Positions 1-9,427 of a DNA stretch of 64,000 bases are shown in pieces. The notes below the pieces were generated by a model. It was given only the letters and a program-made list of their open reading frames with translations, had not been told where the DNA came from and searched no databases. The stretch's first letter is position 1; each line of letters opens with the position of its first letter. A program made the translations under genes and the position numbers. Source of the DNA: an uncultured delta proteobacterium (GTDB taxonomy: Bacteria > Desulfobacterota > DSM-4660 > Desulfatiglandales > HGW-15); assembly GCA_963776085.1 (NCBI GenBank), contig CAVZMS010000079.1, positions 14,508 through 78,507 on the forward strand, read 5' to 3'.

Positions 1-948
1 ATGAACCAGTATAAAAATAAAAAAATAGAGATCGCCCTCCTGGCTGGAGGCTGGTCTGGGGAGAGAGATATTTCGATTAAGAGCGGTGATGCCGTTTACA
101 GGGCGCTTGATAAAAACAGATATAATGTGACCAGGTACGATCCTCGCGATGATTTGGAATCCCTGATAAAGGCCAGGAAAGGCATTGACCTGGCCTTTAT
201 ATTACTCCATGGGAAATTTGGTGAAGACGGCAGAATTCAAGGACTCCTTGATCTATTGGGCATACCTTTTGTCGGTTCAGGCGTATTAACCAGTGCCATG
301 GCCTTTAATAAAAAGGTCGCGAAGGATATATTCAAGAACGCGGGCCTGAATGTAATAAAAGACGAGATGATTTCTAAGGATAAGGAATTCTCCGTGGATC
401 AGATTATGGACAGGATCGGTCCATCAACGGTCGTAAAACCTGTAGCGGAAGGCTCCAGCCTGGGTGTTTCGATCTGCCATAACAGAGATGATCTTATAGA
501 AGGAATCAAGATGGCATTTCTGTACAATCAAGAAGTTATGGTAGAGAGTCATATTCAGGGGCGAGAGGTCACTTGCTGTGTTATCGGGGAAAAAGAACTT
601 GAAACGCTGCCAATAGTGGAAATCGTGCCTGAGCAAGGACATGAGTTTTTTGATTACAAAGCGAAATATACTGCAGGAGTTACAAAGGAGATCTGTCCGG
701 CAAGGCTGCCAACGGCCCTGAAGGTGAAGGTGGAAGATTGTGCAAAAAAGGCCCATAAAGCCCTAAAATGCAGGACTTGGAGCAGAATTGATATGATCAT
801 AAAGGGAGAAGATGTATATGTTTTAGAGATAAACACGATTCCTGGAATGACCGAGAACAGCCTTGTACCCCTCGCTGCCAAGGCGGCCGGTATCTCCATC
901 TCACAACTGCTTGATAGATTGATAGAGCTATCTTTTCCGCAGCAATAA
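1..948 (+). CDS. ddl: D-alanine--D-alanine ligase
   Basis: 315-aa ORF with ATP-grasp Ddl hallmarks (IALLAGGWSGERDISIKSG near the N-terminus, EINTIPGMTENSL near the C-terminus). The ATG sits at window position 1, so the true 5' end cannot be confirmed. Confidence 0.9.
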   Translation: MNQYKNKKIEIALLAGGWSGERDISIKSGDAVYRALDKNRYNVTRYDPRDDLESLIKARKGIDLAFILLHGKFGEDGRIQGLLDLLGIPFVGSGVLTSAMAFNKKVAKDIFKNAGLNVIKDEMISKDKEFSVDQIMDRIGPSTVVKPVAEGSSLGVSICHNRDDLIEGIKMAFLYNQEVMVESHIQGREVTCCVIGEKELETLPIVEIVPEQGHEFFDYKAKYTAGVTKEICPARLPTALKVKVEDCAKKAHKALKCRTWSRIDMIIKGEDVYVLEINTIPGMTENSLVPLAAKAAGISISQLLDRLIELSFPQQ

Positions 949-1021
949 TGTTTTTTGAAGCCACCTGTTTCATAATGATATTGTTCCTTCCCTTGTTACT
1001 ATTCTTTAAAGACCCTATCGT

Positions 1022-1150
1022 CCGGTTAGGATTTAATATTAATATTGCTTTAATGTACCATGGGGATCTCTTTTCAGAGACGAATTGTTCCCTTGCTGGG
1101 TTTTTGCCCGAATAGGTAGTATGGCGGGCGGAAGGCTTCCGAACAGATTA
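1022..1150 (+). repeat. LHR (long-hairpin repeat) family copy 1, truncated: outer IR plus 5' arm only
   Basis: CCGGTTAGGATTT..ATGTACCATGGGGATCTCTTTTCAGAGACGAA..GGCGGGCGGAAGGCTTCC matches the left half of the full copies at 5576-5857 and 40976-41258. No matching right arm follows. Confidence 0.75.
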
Positions 1151-1270
1151 ATTTATTATATAAAATCTAAGCGAACAATGCCCTCATAAAGATTAGATTT
1201 TAAAATCGACGTCTTCAAGAACTTAAAAAGTCTTTTAATATTAATATGTTATAGCATATCACAGCCTTAA

Positions 1271-1286
1271 TGTTCCACGTGAAACA
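1271..1286. promoter_or_regulatory. parS: parS centromere-like site
   Basis: TGTTCCACGTGAAACA matches the parS consensus TGTTNCACGTGAAACA. It lies 144 bp upstream of parA. Confidence 0.8.
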
Positions 1287-1429
1287 TGAAATTTCCTTTT
1301 CAAAGATCAGCTAATGTGTTATCTGATTATCCCGTTGGCTATGTCTGATGTTGGAGACAATGACAGACCAGAAATAGGGCTGTCATTTAATACATATAGA
1401 TATAACGTTCCGAGGGACAGGGTTAAGAC

Positions 1430-2194
1430 ATGGGGTGGATCATCTCTATTTCAAACCAGAAAGGCGGTGTAGGAAAAACTACAACAGCGGTAAATCTGGC
1501 GGCATCTATCGCGGCTTCGGGAAAAAAATCTCTGCTTATTGACTGCGATCCCCAGGGAAACGCCACCACAGGTCTGGGAATAGATAAATTGGAGTTACAA
1601 GCAGGTCTTTATGATTTCATGCTCGGTTCTGAACCTGAGAAGAATGTTATCATTGAAACCTGCGTGTCGAGATTGTCCCTCATAGGGGCCACGAGGGCTT
1701 TGATCGGGGCGGAAATAGAGATGTATAATGAGAGTAACAGGGAGTTTCTTTTAAAAAAGAGCCTTGTGGAGGTTAAAAATAGATATGATTATATCTTTTT
1801 AGATTGCCCTCCTTCCCTGGGGTTTCTGACCTTGAACGCCATTACGGCAGCTGATTTTGTTTTGGTCCCTCTTCAGTGTGAGTATTACGCCCTTGAAGGT
1901 TTGAGTCAACTTTTAAATACACTTAAGGCCGTCAAAAAAGGCCTTAATCCTAGCCTAAAGATTGTCGGGATAGTATTAACCATGTATGATTCCCGTAATA
2001 ATCTCTCCTCGCAGGTGGAGGAAGAGGTTCGAAGACATTTCAAAAGAACGATCTTTAATACTATCATCCCACGTAATGTTCGGTTGAGCGAAGCGCCGAG
2101 CCATGGGAAACCCATCATTCTATATGACGTAAACTCCAAAGGTGCCCAGAGTTACCTTAAATTGGCAAAGGAAGTTATCAGCCGGGGAGGTTGA
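1430..2194 (+). CDS. parA: chromosome partitioning ATPase ParA/Soj
   Basis: 254 aa with deviant Walker A NQKGGVGKTT. Full-length similarity pattern to Soj, followed directly by parB. Confidence 0.93.
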   Translation: MGWIISISNQKGGVGKTTTAVNLAASIAASGKKSLLIDCDPQGNATTGLGIDKLELQAGLYDFMLGSEPEKNVIIETCVSRLSLIGATRALIGAEIEMYNESNREFLLKKSLVEVKNRYDYIFLDCPPSLGFLTLNAITAADFVLVPLQCEYYALEGLSQLLNTLKAVKKGLNPSLKIVGIVLTMYDSRNNLSSQVEEEVRRHFKRTIFNTIIPRNVRLSEAPSHGKPIILYDVNSKGAQSYLKLAKEVISRGG

Positions 2195-2196
2195 CA

Positions 2197-3042
2197 ATGA
2201 CTAAACGAAAGGCATTGGGAAAGGGATTATCGGCCCTGATTCCAGAAGCGGATGAGTTTGAAGCGGAAGGGGGAAATTATTTTCAGTGCCCTATCGAATC
2301 AATCGAGCCAAATCCCTTACAGCCCCGCCAGGTCTTCGATAATGACGCCCTAAAAGATCTGGTACAATCAGTAAAGGAAAAAGGAATTATCACGCCTGTC
2401 ATTGTAAGCAAGGCAGAAAAAGGCTATCGTCTTATTGCAGGTGAGCGGCGCTGGAGGGCCGCTCAAAAGGCAGGATTAACAAGGATTCCCGTTGTGGTAC
2501 GAGAAACTACCCCAATTGATTCCCTTGAGCTGACCATTATCGAAAACATCCACAGAAAAGATCTGAATCCCATAGAGGAGGCCAGTGCCTATAAAAGATG
2601 GCTGGAGATCTCTAATACGACCCAGGAGGTCCTTGCAAAAAGGGTGAGCAAAGAACGATCCACGATTACAAATCTTTTAAGATTATTAACCCTGCCCAAG
2701 GCCATTCAGCAGAATATTGTCGATGGCAGCCTTTCCATGGGTCACGCGCGGGTCCTGGCCGGGATGAAGAGCGCGAGCGATCAGATTCGAGTCAGGGATA
2801 TAATCTTAAAAAAAGGGCTTTCGGTCAGGCAGACAGAGGATCTTATTAAGAAAGACCGCCCCGCAAGAAGTTCAAAAGAGAATAGATCTGAAGAGAAATA
2901 TTACCTTCAATCCCTTGCTGACAATCTAAAAAGGGTATTGGGGACAAAGGTATCAATCAAAAAGAGCGGGAAAAAAGGATATATCAATATCTATTTCTAT
3001 TCTGATGAGGAATTAGGACGCCTTCTTGATCTCTTGACTTAA
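2197..3042 (+). CDS. parB: chromosome partitioning protein ParB/Spo0J
   Basis: ParB motifs LIAGERRWRAA and an HTH region. I prefer the ATG at 2197 (GGGGAGG SD 6-7 nt upstream) over the TTG at 2191 used in the ORF track. Confidence 0.9.
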   Translation: MTKRKALGKGLSALIPEADEFEAEGGNYFQCPIESIEPNPLQPRQVFDNDALKDLVQSVKEKGIITPVIVSKAEKGYRLIAGERRWRAAQKAGLTRIPVVVRETTPIDSLELTIIENIHRKDLNPIEEASAYKRWLEISNTTQEVLAKRVSKERSTITNLLRLLTLPKAIQQNIVDGSLSMGHARVLAGMKSASDQIRVRDIILKKGLSVRQTEDLIKKDRPARSSKENRSEEKYYLQSLADNLKRVLGTKVSIKKSGKKGYINIYFYSDEELGRLLDLLT

Positions 3043-3644
3043 CGCGGCCCTTTTCTCCATCTCCTCTCTTCCCCGCTTAAAAGCCTACCGATATTTTCTT
3101 TGTGCTTGAAACATATCAGGGCTGCCATTATCAAAGAGGTGAAGATCAGATATCTCGACCCTCCGGAGAGAAATAGGATCAGTGACATGGAACAGACTGC
3201 TATCATGGAACCAAGAGAAACGAAATCTGACACATAGACTATAATGATAAAAACGGATAAGGCTATGGTTGCGGAAAGAGGTGCCAGCACAAGAAATATC
3301 CCTAAAGAGGTGGCTACCCCTTTTCCTCCATGGAACCTTTTAAATAAAGAGTATTGGTGACCAAGCAGGGTGGATAAAGACACGATAATAATTGCAGTCC
3401 CTGAGGAAGGGTTTAAATATTGATAGAAGATGTAAATCGGCATTAATCCCTTTAAAAGATCAAGGACGAGCGTAACGAGCCCCCATTTTAATCCCAGTTC
3501 TCTCGCAACATTGGTTGCGCCGATATTGCCGCTCCCCCTCCGTGTGATATCAATATGGGCAATGCCCCGGCTTATCAATACTCCAAAGGGGATAGAACCA
3601 ATAATATAGGATATGAAGGCGATAAGTATCCAGTAAAGCAGCAT
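3039..3644 (-). CDS. plsY: glycerol-3-phosphate acyltransferase PlsY
   Basis: 201-aa polytopic membrane protein with GSIPFG and SGNIGATNV motifs typical of PlsY. Its 3' end is convergent with and overlaps parB by 4 nt. Confidence 0.9.
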   Translation of the reverse strand: MLLYWILIAFISYIIGSIPFGVLISRGIAHIDITRRGSGNIGATNVARELGLKWGLVTLVLDLLKGLMPIYIFYQYLNPSSGTAIIIVSLSTLLGHQYSLFKRFHGGKGVATSLGIFLVLAPLSATIALSVFIIIVYVSDFVSLGSMIAVCSMSLILFLSGGSRYLIFTSLIMAALICFKHKENIGRLLSGEERRWRKGPR

Positions 3645-3900
3645 ACCAATAAATGATCCCTAATACGATCTGACGAGTTAAAAAACCAATTGCTGTCTAT
3701 TAAATTGCCTTGCGATTTATCGCGATATATTGGAATATAAAAGATGTTGTCCGTCTTCACAAAGGGCTATGTATCAATAAATATATATGTATTCGGATCC
3801 AGACGCAACGCTAATGTAATTGGAGTTCTTCTGTAGATTGTCAGGTTGTTGGAACAGGGTGCGCTATCATCAAAGGCGCTTCAGGAAAGGGATTATAGTC

Positions 3901-4095
3901 ATGTGTGAGGCAACAGCCTACTTTTTAAAGGATGGAAAGGAAGAAAAGCTCCTTGAGGGAGTTGATCAATTTGAATCAGGGAATGGTGAGATAAGGCTTA
4001 TTAACATCTTTGGAGAAGAAAAGAGGGTCAGGGCCAGGTTAAAAAGGCTTTCTCTGGTGGAGCATAAGATCATTCTGGAACCCATAAATGACTGA
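3901..4095 (+). CDS. CooT-family small nickel-binding protein (putative)
   Basis: 64 aa when started at MCEATAYF. The Met-Cys N-terminus and the size and pattern (..IRLINIFGEEK..) resemble the CooT family. The longer ORF from 3820 has no SD support. Confidence 0.55.
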   Translation: MCEATAYFLKDGKEEKLLEGVDQFESGNGEIRLINIFGEEKRVRARLKRLSLVEHKIILEPIND

Positions 4096-4147
4096 TAGGC
4101 TATCAAACTAGGCCCTGCTAATCCCATTTTGAAACAGGAGGCATGAG

Positions 4148-5337
4148 ATGCGTAAAAAGGGTATAAGAGATATAGATATAAAAGGAAAAAGGCTGTTGAT
4201 GAGGGTGGATTTTAACGTCCCCCTTGATGAAAACGGCAATATTACAGATGATAACAGGATACGTGAAACCCTGCCAACGATTGAATATGCCTTAGATAAA
4301 GGAGCCAAGCTGATACTCATGAGCCATCTGGGCAGGCCCAAGGGGCGAGGTAACGGATGCCTTCAGACTCACCCCTGTTGGAAAACGGTTGGAAGAGCTC
4401 CTGAAAAGGCCTGTTAAAAAACTGGATGACTGCATCGGGGCTGGAGGTTGAAAAGGCAGTCAGCGGGATGGGGTCCGGAGATATTATTTTGCTTGAGAAT
4501 CTGCGCTTCCATAAGGAAGAGGAAAAGAATAATCCTGAATTCGCAAAAAAGTTGTCCGGCCTCGCGGACATCTTTGTCAATGATGCCTTCGGCACCTGCC
4601 ACAGGGCCCATGCATCCACTGAGGGCGTAACCCACTTCCTCCCCTCTGTTGCAGGGTTCCTGGTTGAAAAGGAGATCAAATATTTTGAAAAGATAAACCA
4701 GGCCCCTGAAAGACCCTTTGTCCTGGTCCTGGGAGGGGCCAAGGTATCGGATAAGATCCCTATGATAGAAAATATGCTCTCAAAGGCGGATATCATCCTT
4801 ATCGGAGGGGCAATGGCCTATACCTTCCTTAAACAGAAGGGGACAAAGATAGGCTCATCTCGATATGAACAGGATGTGGCTGATACGGCCAGGACCATAC
4901 TGGATAAGGCAAGCTCAAGGGGCGTAGAATTGCTCCTGCCGGTTGACCATGTTGAATGTGATAATATCGAGGCCCCGAAACAGATAAAGACAACCCGTGA
5001 TGCCGAGATTGAAGAGGGATATATGGGCGTCGATATAGGTCCAAAGACCGTAGCCCTTTTTTCTGACAGGCTGAAAAAGGCAAAGACAATTGTCTGGAAC
5101 GGCCCGATGGGGATATTTGAAAGGGATCAGTTCTCAGAGGGGACAAAAAGGATTGCCGAGGCCATCGCAGGGTCTTCCGCCGTTTCTGTTGTGGGAGGCG
5201 GGGACAGCGCCGCGGCAGCAGAAAAATTCGGGGTTAAAGACAGGATTTCTCATATCTCTACAGGCGGCGGCGCATCCCTTGAATACCTTGAAGGCAAGAT
5301 CCTGCCAGGTATAGCGGCATTGGCTGATAAGGAATAA
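4148..5337 (+). pseudogene. pgk: phosphoglycerate kinase, reading frame broken twice
   Basis: The N-terminus ([18 protein letters not shown]) is in frame 2. Residues [32 protein letters not shown] are in frame 0 (about 4350-4445). The remainder (from 4426) is in frame 1. Two apparent 1-nt insertions lie near 4346 and 4447, and all three segments are well conserved. Confidence 0.9.
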
Positions 5338-5347
5338 ATTACATGAG

Positions 5348-5483
5348 GGTTCAAGGATTCAAGGGGTCCAGGTGTCGAGCGAAAAGATAAAGAAGCTCAT
5401 AGCTCATCGCGCAGAGGAATTGAATGTTGAATGTCCAATTTTGAATGATGAGTTTTGTCTCCTGTCTCCTGGCTTCTGACTCC
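5348..5483. repeat. intergenic array with 7-nt periodicity (blocks of degenerate tandem heptamers)
   Basis: Reads in heptamer phase: ggttcaa ggattca .. agctcat agctcat .. aattgaa tgttgaa tgtccaa ttttgaa tgatgag ttttgtc tcctgtc tcctggc ttctgac. Confidence 0.6.
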
Positions 5484-5575
5484 TTTTTTTTGCCCCATGT
5501 TAGGTCACAAATGATATAATCCATGATCATTACAAAGAGATTGTGAAGCAATGTGGAAATATGTATTGGCAGTAT

Positions 5576-5857
5576 CCGGTTAGGATTTTGCGTCTAATAT
5601 TGATCTAATGTCCCATGGGGGTCTCTTTTCAGAGGCGAAATAGTACAGTGCCCGGTATTTTGCATAACTCGTAGCAAAGGCGGGCGGAGGGCTTCCAGCA
5701 AATTACCCACAAAGGAGGGGTAGCTATCTACCCGGAACTCCGCCGCCCGCCTGACGACATCCTTATGCCGGTTCCTTGCAAATTATTTCTTCGCCTCTGA
5801 AAAGAGACCCCCGTGGGACATACCTGCACTTAAATCTTTATGCAAAATCCTAACGGG
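5576..5857 (+). repeat. LHR family copy 2 (full, with outer inverted repeat)
   Basis: Core is 5608-5821: ATGTCCCATGGGGGTCTCTTTTCAGAGGCGAAA ... TTCGCCTCTGAAAAGAGACCCCCGTGGGACAT. Outer IR is CCGGTTAGGATTTTGC (5576) / GCAAAATCCTAACGGG (to 5857). Confidence 0.85.
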
Positions 5858-5890
5858 ACAACCGTGAGAATATATATAAAAGGAGAAATC

Positions 5891-7130
5891 TTGTTTTTTA
5901 AGGTCAAGACAGCCGAAGAAGTCCTTGAAATTCTTAAGAGTTTCTCTCCACTGGGAGAGGAGACCGTGTCCCTTGAAGACTCCATCAACCGTGTCCTCAG
6001 TCAAAAGATCGTTAGTCAAGAGGACCTCCCCGAGTTTCCCAGGTCTTCGATGGACGGTTACGCGGTCAGGGCAAGAGACACCTTTGGCGCCACAGAAGGG
6101 CTTCCCGCATCTCTGGAACTCGCAGGGGAGATACTCATCGGCAGGACCCCTGAGATATCGGTTGGTCCGGGCAAGGCAGTCAGGATACCCACCGGAGGGA
6201 TGATGCCTGAGGGTGCGGATGCGGTAGTCATGGTTGAATACTCTCATCCCCTGGATGATAAGACCATAGAGATCAGCCGTGCCGTATCTCCACTGGAGAA
6301 TGTTATCAATACCGGCGATGATTTCAGAAAAGGCGTAATGATATTTGAAAAAGGCGTCCTGTCTGAGGCCTCAGGACCTCGGTCTCCTAGCAGGGCTTGG
6401 CATATCCGCAGTCTCAGTCTACAAAAGGGCAAGGGTCGCAATCATCCCCACTGGTGATGAGATCGTCCCGATTGATCAAAGGCCCATGCCAGGCCAGGTG
6501 CGTGATATAAACAGTTATACATTGACCGCCTTCTGCCGCCAGGCCGGGGCAATACCCATCAACTTGGGGCTATGCAAAGACAACTTCGCCATCCTGAGGG
6601 AGATGGTTAAAAGGGGCCTTGATATTGCCGACACCCTGTGGATATCCGGTGGCAGTTCCATTGGGACAAGGGATATGACTGTAAAGGTCCTGGAGTCCTT
6701 TGATGACGTGGAAATACTTGTCCATGGCATATCAATAAGTCCAGGAAAACCCACAATAATCGCGAGGATCGGCAGCAAGGCCGTGTTCGGCCTGCCGGGA
6801 CATGCCGCCTCTGCCCTGGTAGTTGCTGAAATCTTCCTGACCCCGTTTTTATCAAGGTTGTCAGGTGATATTAATGCCTTTGAGGACACCCATTTTTATA
6901 TGGATGCCGAACTCACCCAGAATATAGAATCAGCAAGCGGCAGGGATGATTATATCAGGGTAAGACTTGAAAAAAGAGACGGGCGGTTATTCGCTGAACC
7001 GATCTTCGGCAAATCTGGGCTGATATCCACCCTGGTTGAGGCCCATAGTCTATTAAAGATAGACAGGAATACAGAGGGCCTTTATAAGGGACAGGCAGTA
7101 AAGGTAATGCTTTTTAAGGGCTATTCATGA
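5891..7130 (+). pseudogene. moeA: molybdopterin molybdotransferase MoeA, one frameshift
   Basis: MoeA motifs (SSMDGYAVRA, PTGGMMPEGADAVV, ISGGSSIG, PGKP). The frame changes near 6362 (ORFs 5840-6457 and 6345-7130). The likely start is TTG 5891 behind AAGGAG, because the ATG at 5840 lies inside the LHR repeat. Confidence 0.8.
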
Positions 7131-7146
7131 TAGAGGCAGGTGCCTG

Positions 7147-9090
7147 ATGAAAAGACATGTCTATTTGTCAATGAAGGGCCTCGAAGAGGCGCGGGATATC
7201 TTTTCAAAGGTCTGGCGTAACAGAAGGACCCTTCCCGAGGAGATCAGTATTGAAGATGCCCTGGGACGGGTGACCTCGGAACCTGTATTTGCAAAGATAT
7301 CTTCACCTACCTATCACTCCGCCGCCATGGATGGCATTGCCGTCAGGGCCGAAGAGACTTACGGGACCAGTGAAAAGTCCCCCCGGTCTCTCAGGATAGG
7401 GAAAAACGCCATATGGATAAACACGGGGCAGGCCCTGCCTGAAGGCTTTAACGCCGTTATCATGGTCGAAAAACTGCATCAGCAGGATCAAGAGACTGTT
7501 GAGATCCGCTCATCTGCCTATCCATGGCAACACATAAGAAAAGTGGGCGAGGACATAGTCGCCACGCAACTCCTCTTCCCGCAAAACCATCTTGTTCGTC
7601 CCTATGATATGGGCGCCCTTATATCGGCCGGTGTCTTCTCTATCAGGGTATGGAAGAAACCTGTGGCGGCCATTATCCCAACCGGCACAGAACTTGTACA
7701 TCACAGGGGTATAAAGGACTTTGGTCAGTTAAAAACCCGTATCATTGAATCAAACTCCATTACCCTTACAGCCCTGACCAGGGAGTGCCACGCAATACCT
7801 GTTGTCTATGATATTGTCCCTGACGTTGAAAAGGATATACAGGATAGCCTGATGAAGGCGGCCGGTTCTGACGCGGACCTGATTATTATTAATGCCGGTT
7901 CCTCAGCAGGCTCAAAAGACTATACCGCCGATATCATCAGGGAGAAGGGGGAGGTCCTTGTGCATGGCGTTGCCATGATGCCGGGGAAACCCACTGTCCT
8001 GGGCGTTGTTAACGGCAAACCGGCTATCGGCGTCCCCGGTTATGCCGTCTCGGCCGTCCTGTCATTTGAACAATTTGCGAAACCATTGCTGTTCGGCCTC
8101 CAGGGCATGACTCCCCCCAAGGCCAGAACTATAGTTGTCAAACCATCCAGGGATATCCCGTCAAAATTAGGGACAGAGGAATTTATCAGGGTAAATATCG
8201 GCAAGGTCGGCGATCAAGCAATAGCAACTCCCTTGGCCAGGGCTGCGGGATCGATCACTACCCTTACAAGGGCTGAAGGTATCTTGAGGATCCCTCCCGG
8301 CGTGGAAGGGGTCTCACAGGATGAAGATATTGATGCCGAACTCCTTGTTGACGATGAAGCCCTTCTGAATACCGTTGTCATTATCGGGAGCCACGATATC
8401 ACATTAGAGATACTTGCTGATGAGATAAGGCACGGGGGCCGCAACATACGAATCTCTTCAGGTAATGTAGGCAGCCTGGGCGGGCTTATTGCCCTGAAAA
8501 AGGGGGTATGCCATCTGTCAGGGGCTCATCTACTTGATACGGCATCTGGGGAATACAACATATCATACATAAGGAGATATCTTAGAGGCCTCAAGGTAAG
8601 TGTCTTTCACCTGGTCATGAGAGATCAGGGCTTGATTGTCCCCAAGTATAATCCGAAAGACATAAAAGGCATCCATGACCTCATAAGAGACGATATCACC
8701 ATTATTAATCGTCAGGCAGGATCAGGGACACGGATACTCCTTGATTACATCCTTGAGCGGTCCGGAATCAACCCTGATTTCATAAAGGGTTATGATCGCG
8801 AAGAATATTCGCACATGGCCGTTGCCGTTGATGTCCTGAGCGGGGCAGCTGATTGTGGCATGGGCATCTTTGCCGCAGCAAAGGCCCTTGATCTGGGATT
8901 TATTTCAATGGAAAAGGAACAGTACGACCTGATTATTCCATCCTCCCTATTAAAAAATCCGAATATCCAGGCAGTCCTGGATACAATCAGCTCACGGAAC
9001 TTCCGTGAAAGGGTTAATGCCCTGGGAGGATATGACCCGTCCAAAAGCGGGCAATTATGGATGGAGGTGAATGAATATGGGACCCCTTAG
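7147..9090 (+). CDS. MoeA-like molybdopterin molybdotransferase fused to a C-terminal periplasmic-binding-protein-like domain
   Basis: 647 aa. The N-terminal ~400 aa carry MoeA motifs (SAAMDGIAVRA, INAGSSAGSKD, MMPGKP). The C-terminal ~230 aa (IGSHDITLEILA.., INRQAGSGTR) look like a type-2 PBP/LysR-substrate fold, an architecture known from methanogen MoeA paralogues. Confidence 0.8.
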   Translation: MKRHVYLSMKGLEEARDIFSKVWRNRRTLPEEISIEDALGRVTSEPVFAKISSPTYHSAAMDGIAVRAEETYGTSEKSPRSLRIGKNAIWINTGQALPEGFNAVIMVEKLHQQDQETVEIRSSAYPWQHIRKVGEDIVATQLLFPQNHLVRPYDMGALISAGVFSIRVWKKPVAAIIPTGTELVHHRGIKDFGQLKTRIIESNSITLTALTRECHAIPVVYDIVPDVEKDIQDSLMKAAGSDADLIIINAGSSAGSKDYTADIIREKGEVLVHGVAMMPGKPTVLGVVNGKPAIGVPGYAVSAVLSFEQFAKPLLFGLQGMTPPKARTIVVKPSRDIPSKLGTEEFIRVNIGKVGDQAIATPLARAAGSITTLTRAEGILRIPPGVEGVSQDEDIDAELLVDDEALLNTVVIIGSHDITLEILADEIRHGGRNIRISSGNVGSLGGLIALKKGVCHLSGAHLLDTASGEYNISYIRRYLRGLKVSVFHLVMRDQGLIVPKYNPKDIKGIHDLIRDDITIINRQAGSGTRILLDYILERSGINPDFIKGYDREEYSHMAVAVDVLSGAADCGMGIFAAAKALDLGFISMEKEQYDLIIPSSLLKNPNIQAVLDTISSRNFRERVNALGGYDPSKSGQLWMEVNEYGTP

Positions 9091-9427
9091 ACTTCTTTCA
9101 AAACAATGGATTGTAGATGAAAATAATGAGATCATCATAGGCGAAGGACGAAAAGAGATCCTTGAAACAATAGAAAGGACAGGGTCACTTAACCGGACGG
9201 CCAGGATAATGAAGATGTCCTACAAGGGTGTATGGAGTAAAATAAAGGCTACGGAGGCCCATATGAATATGAAGATACTCCATACGGATAGAAAATCGGG
9301 CTCACGCCTGACAAAAGAAGGTAAGGAGCTCCTGGAAAAATATAATATGCTGAAAAAAGAATGTCTGAAGGCGGATGACAAGATATTCAAGTCTATTTTT
9401 CAGATAGAGCAGAAACAGAATGGATAA
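9071..9427 (+). CDS. ModE-N-terminal-like winged-helix regulator (putative)
   Basis: 118 aa. GRKEILETIERTGSLNRTARIMKMSYKGVWSKI resembles the ModE/LysR-type HTH. It overlaps the upstream and downstream Mo genes, which suggests an operon. Confidence 0.55.
   Translation: MNMGPLRLLSKQWIVDENNEIIIGEGRKEILETIERTGSLNRTARIMKMSYKGVWSKIKATEAHMNMKILHTDRKSGSRLTKEGKELLEKYNMLKKECLKADDKIFKSIFQIEQKQNG

Noticed and set aside
5608-5821. LHR elements as a known structured RNA (riboswitch, tRNA-like, CRISPR leader) or as an autonomous IS
   Set aside because: I recognise no riboswitch or tRNA signature. The copies occur in both orientations and in 5', 3' and intra-operon positions. There is no transposase ORF inside. 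I have kept them as an unclassified repeat family instead.
5783-6247. 154-aa minus-strand ORF spanning the LHR repeat and the moeA 5' end; similar ORFs occur inside other LHR copies (for example 36794-37030, 34383-34577)
   Set aside because: These ORFs read through non-coding palindromic repeats or antisense to a well-supported gene. They have no SD and no family resemblance.
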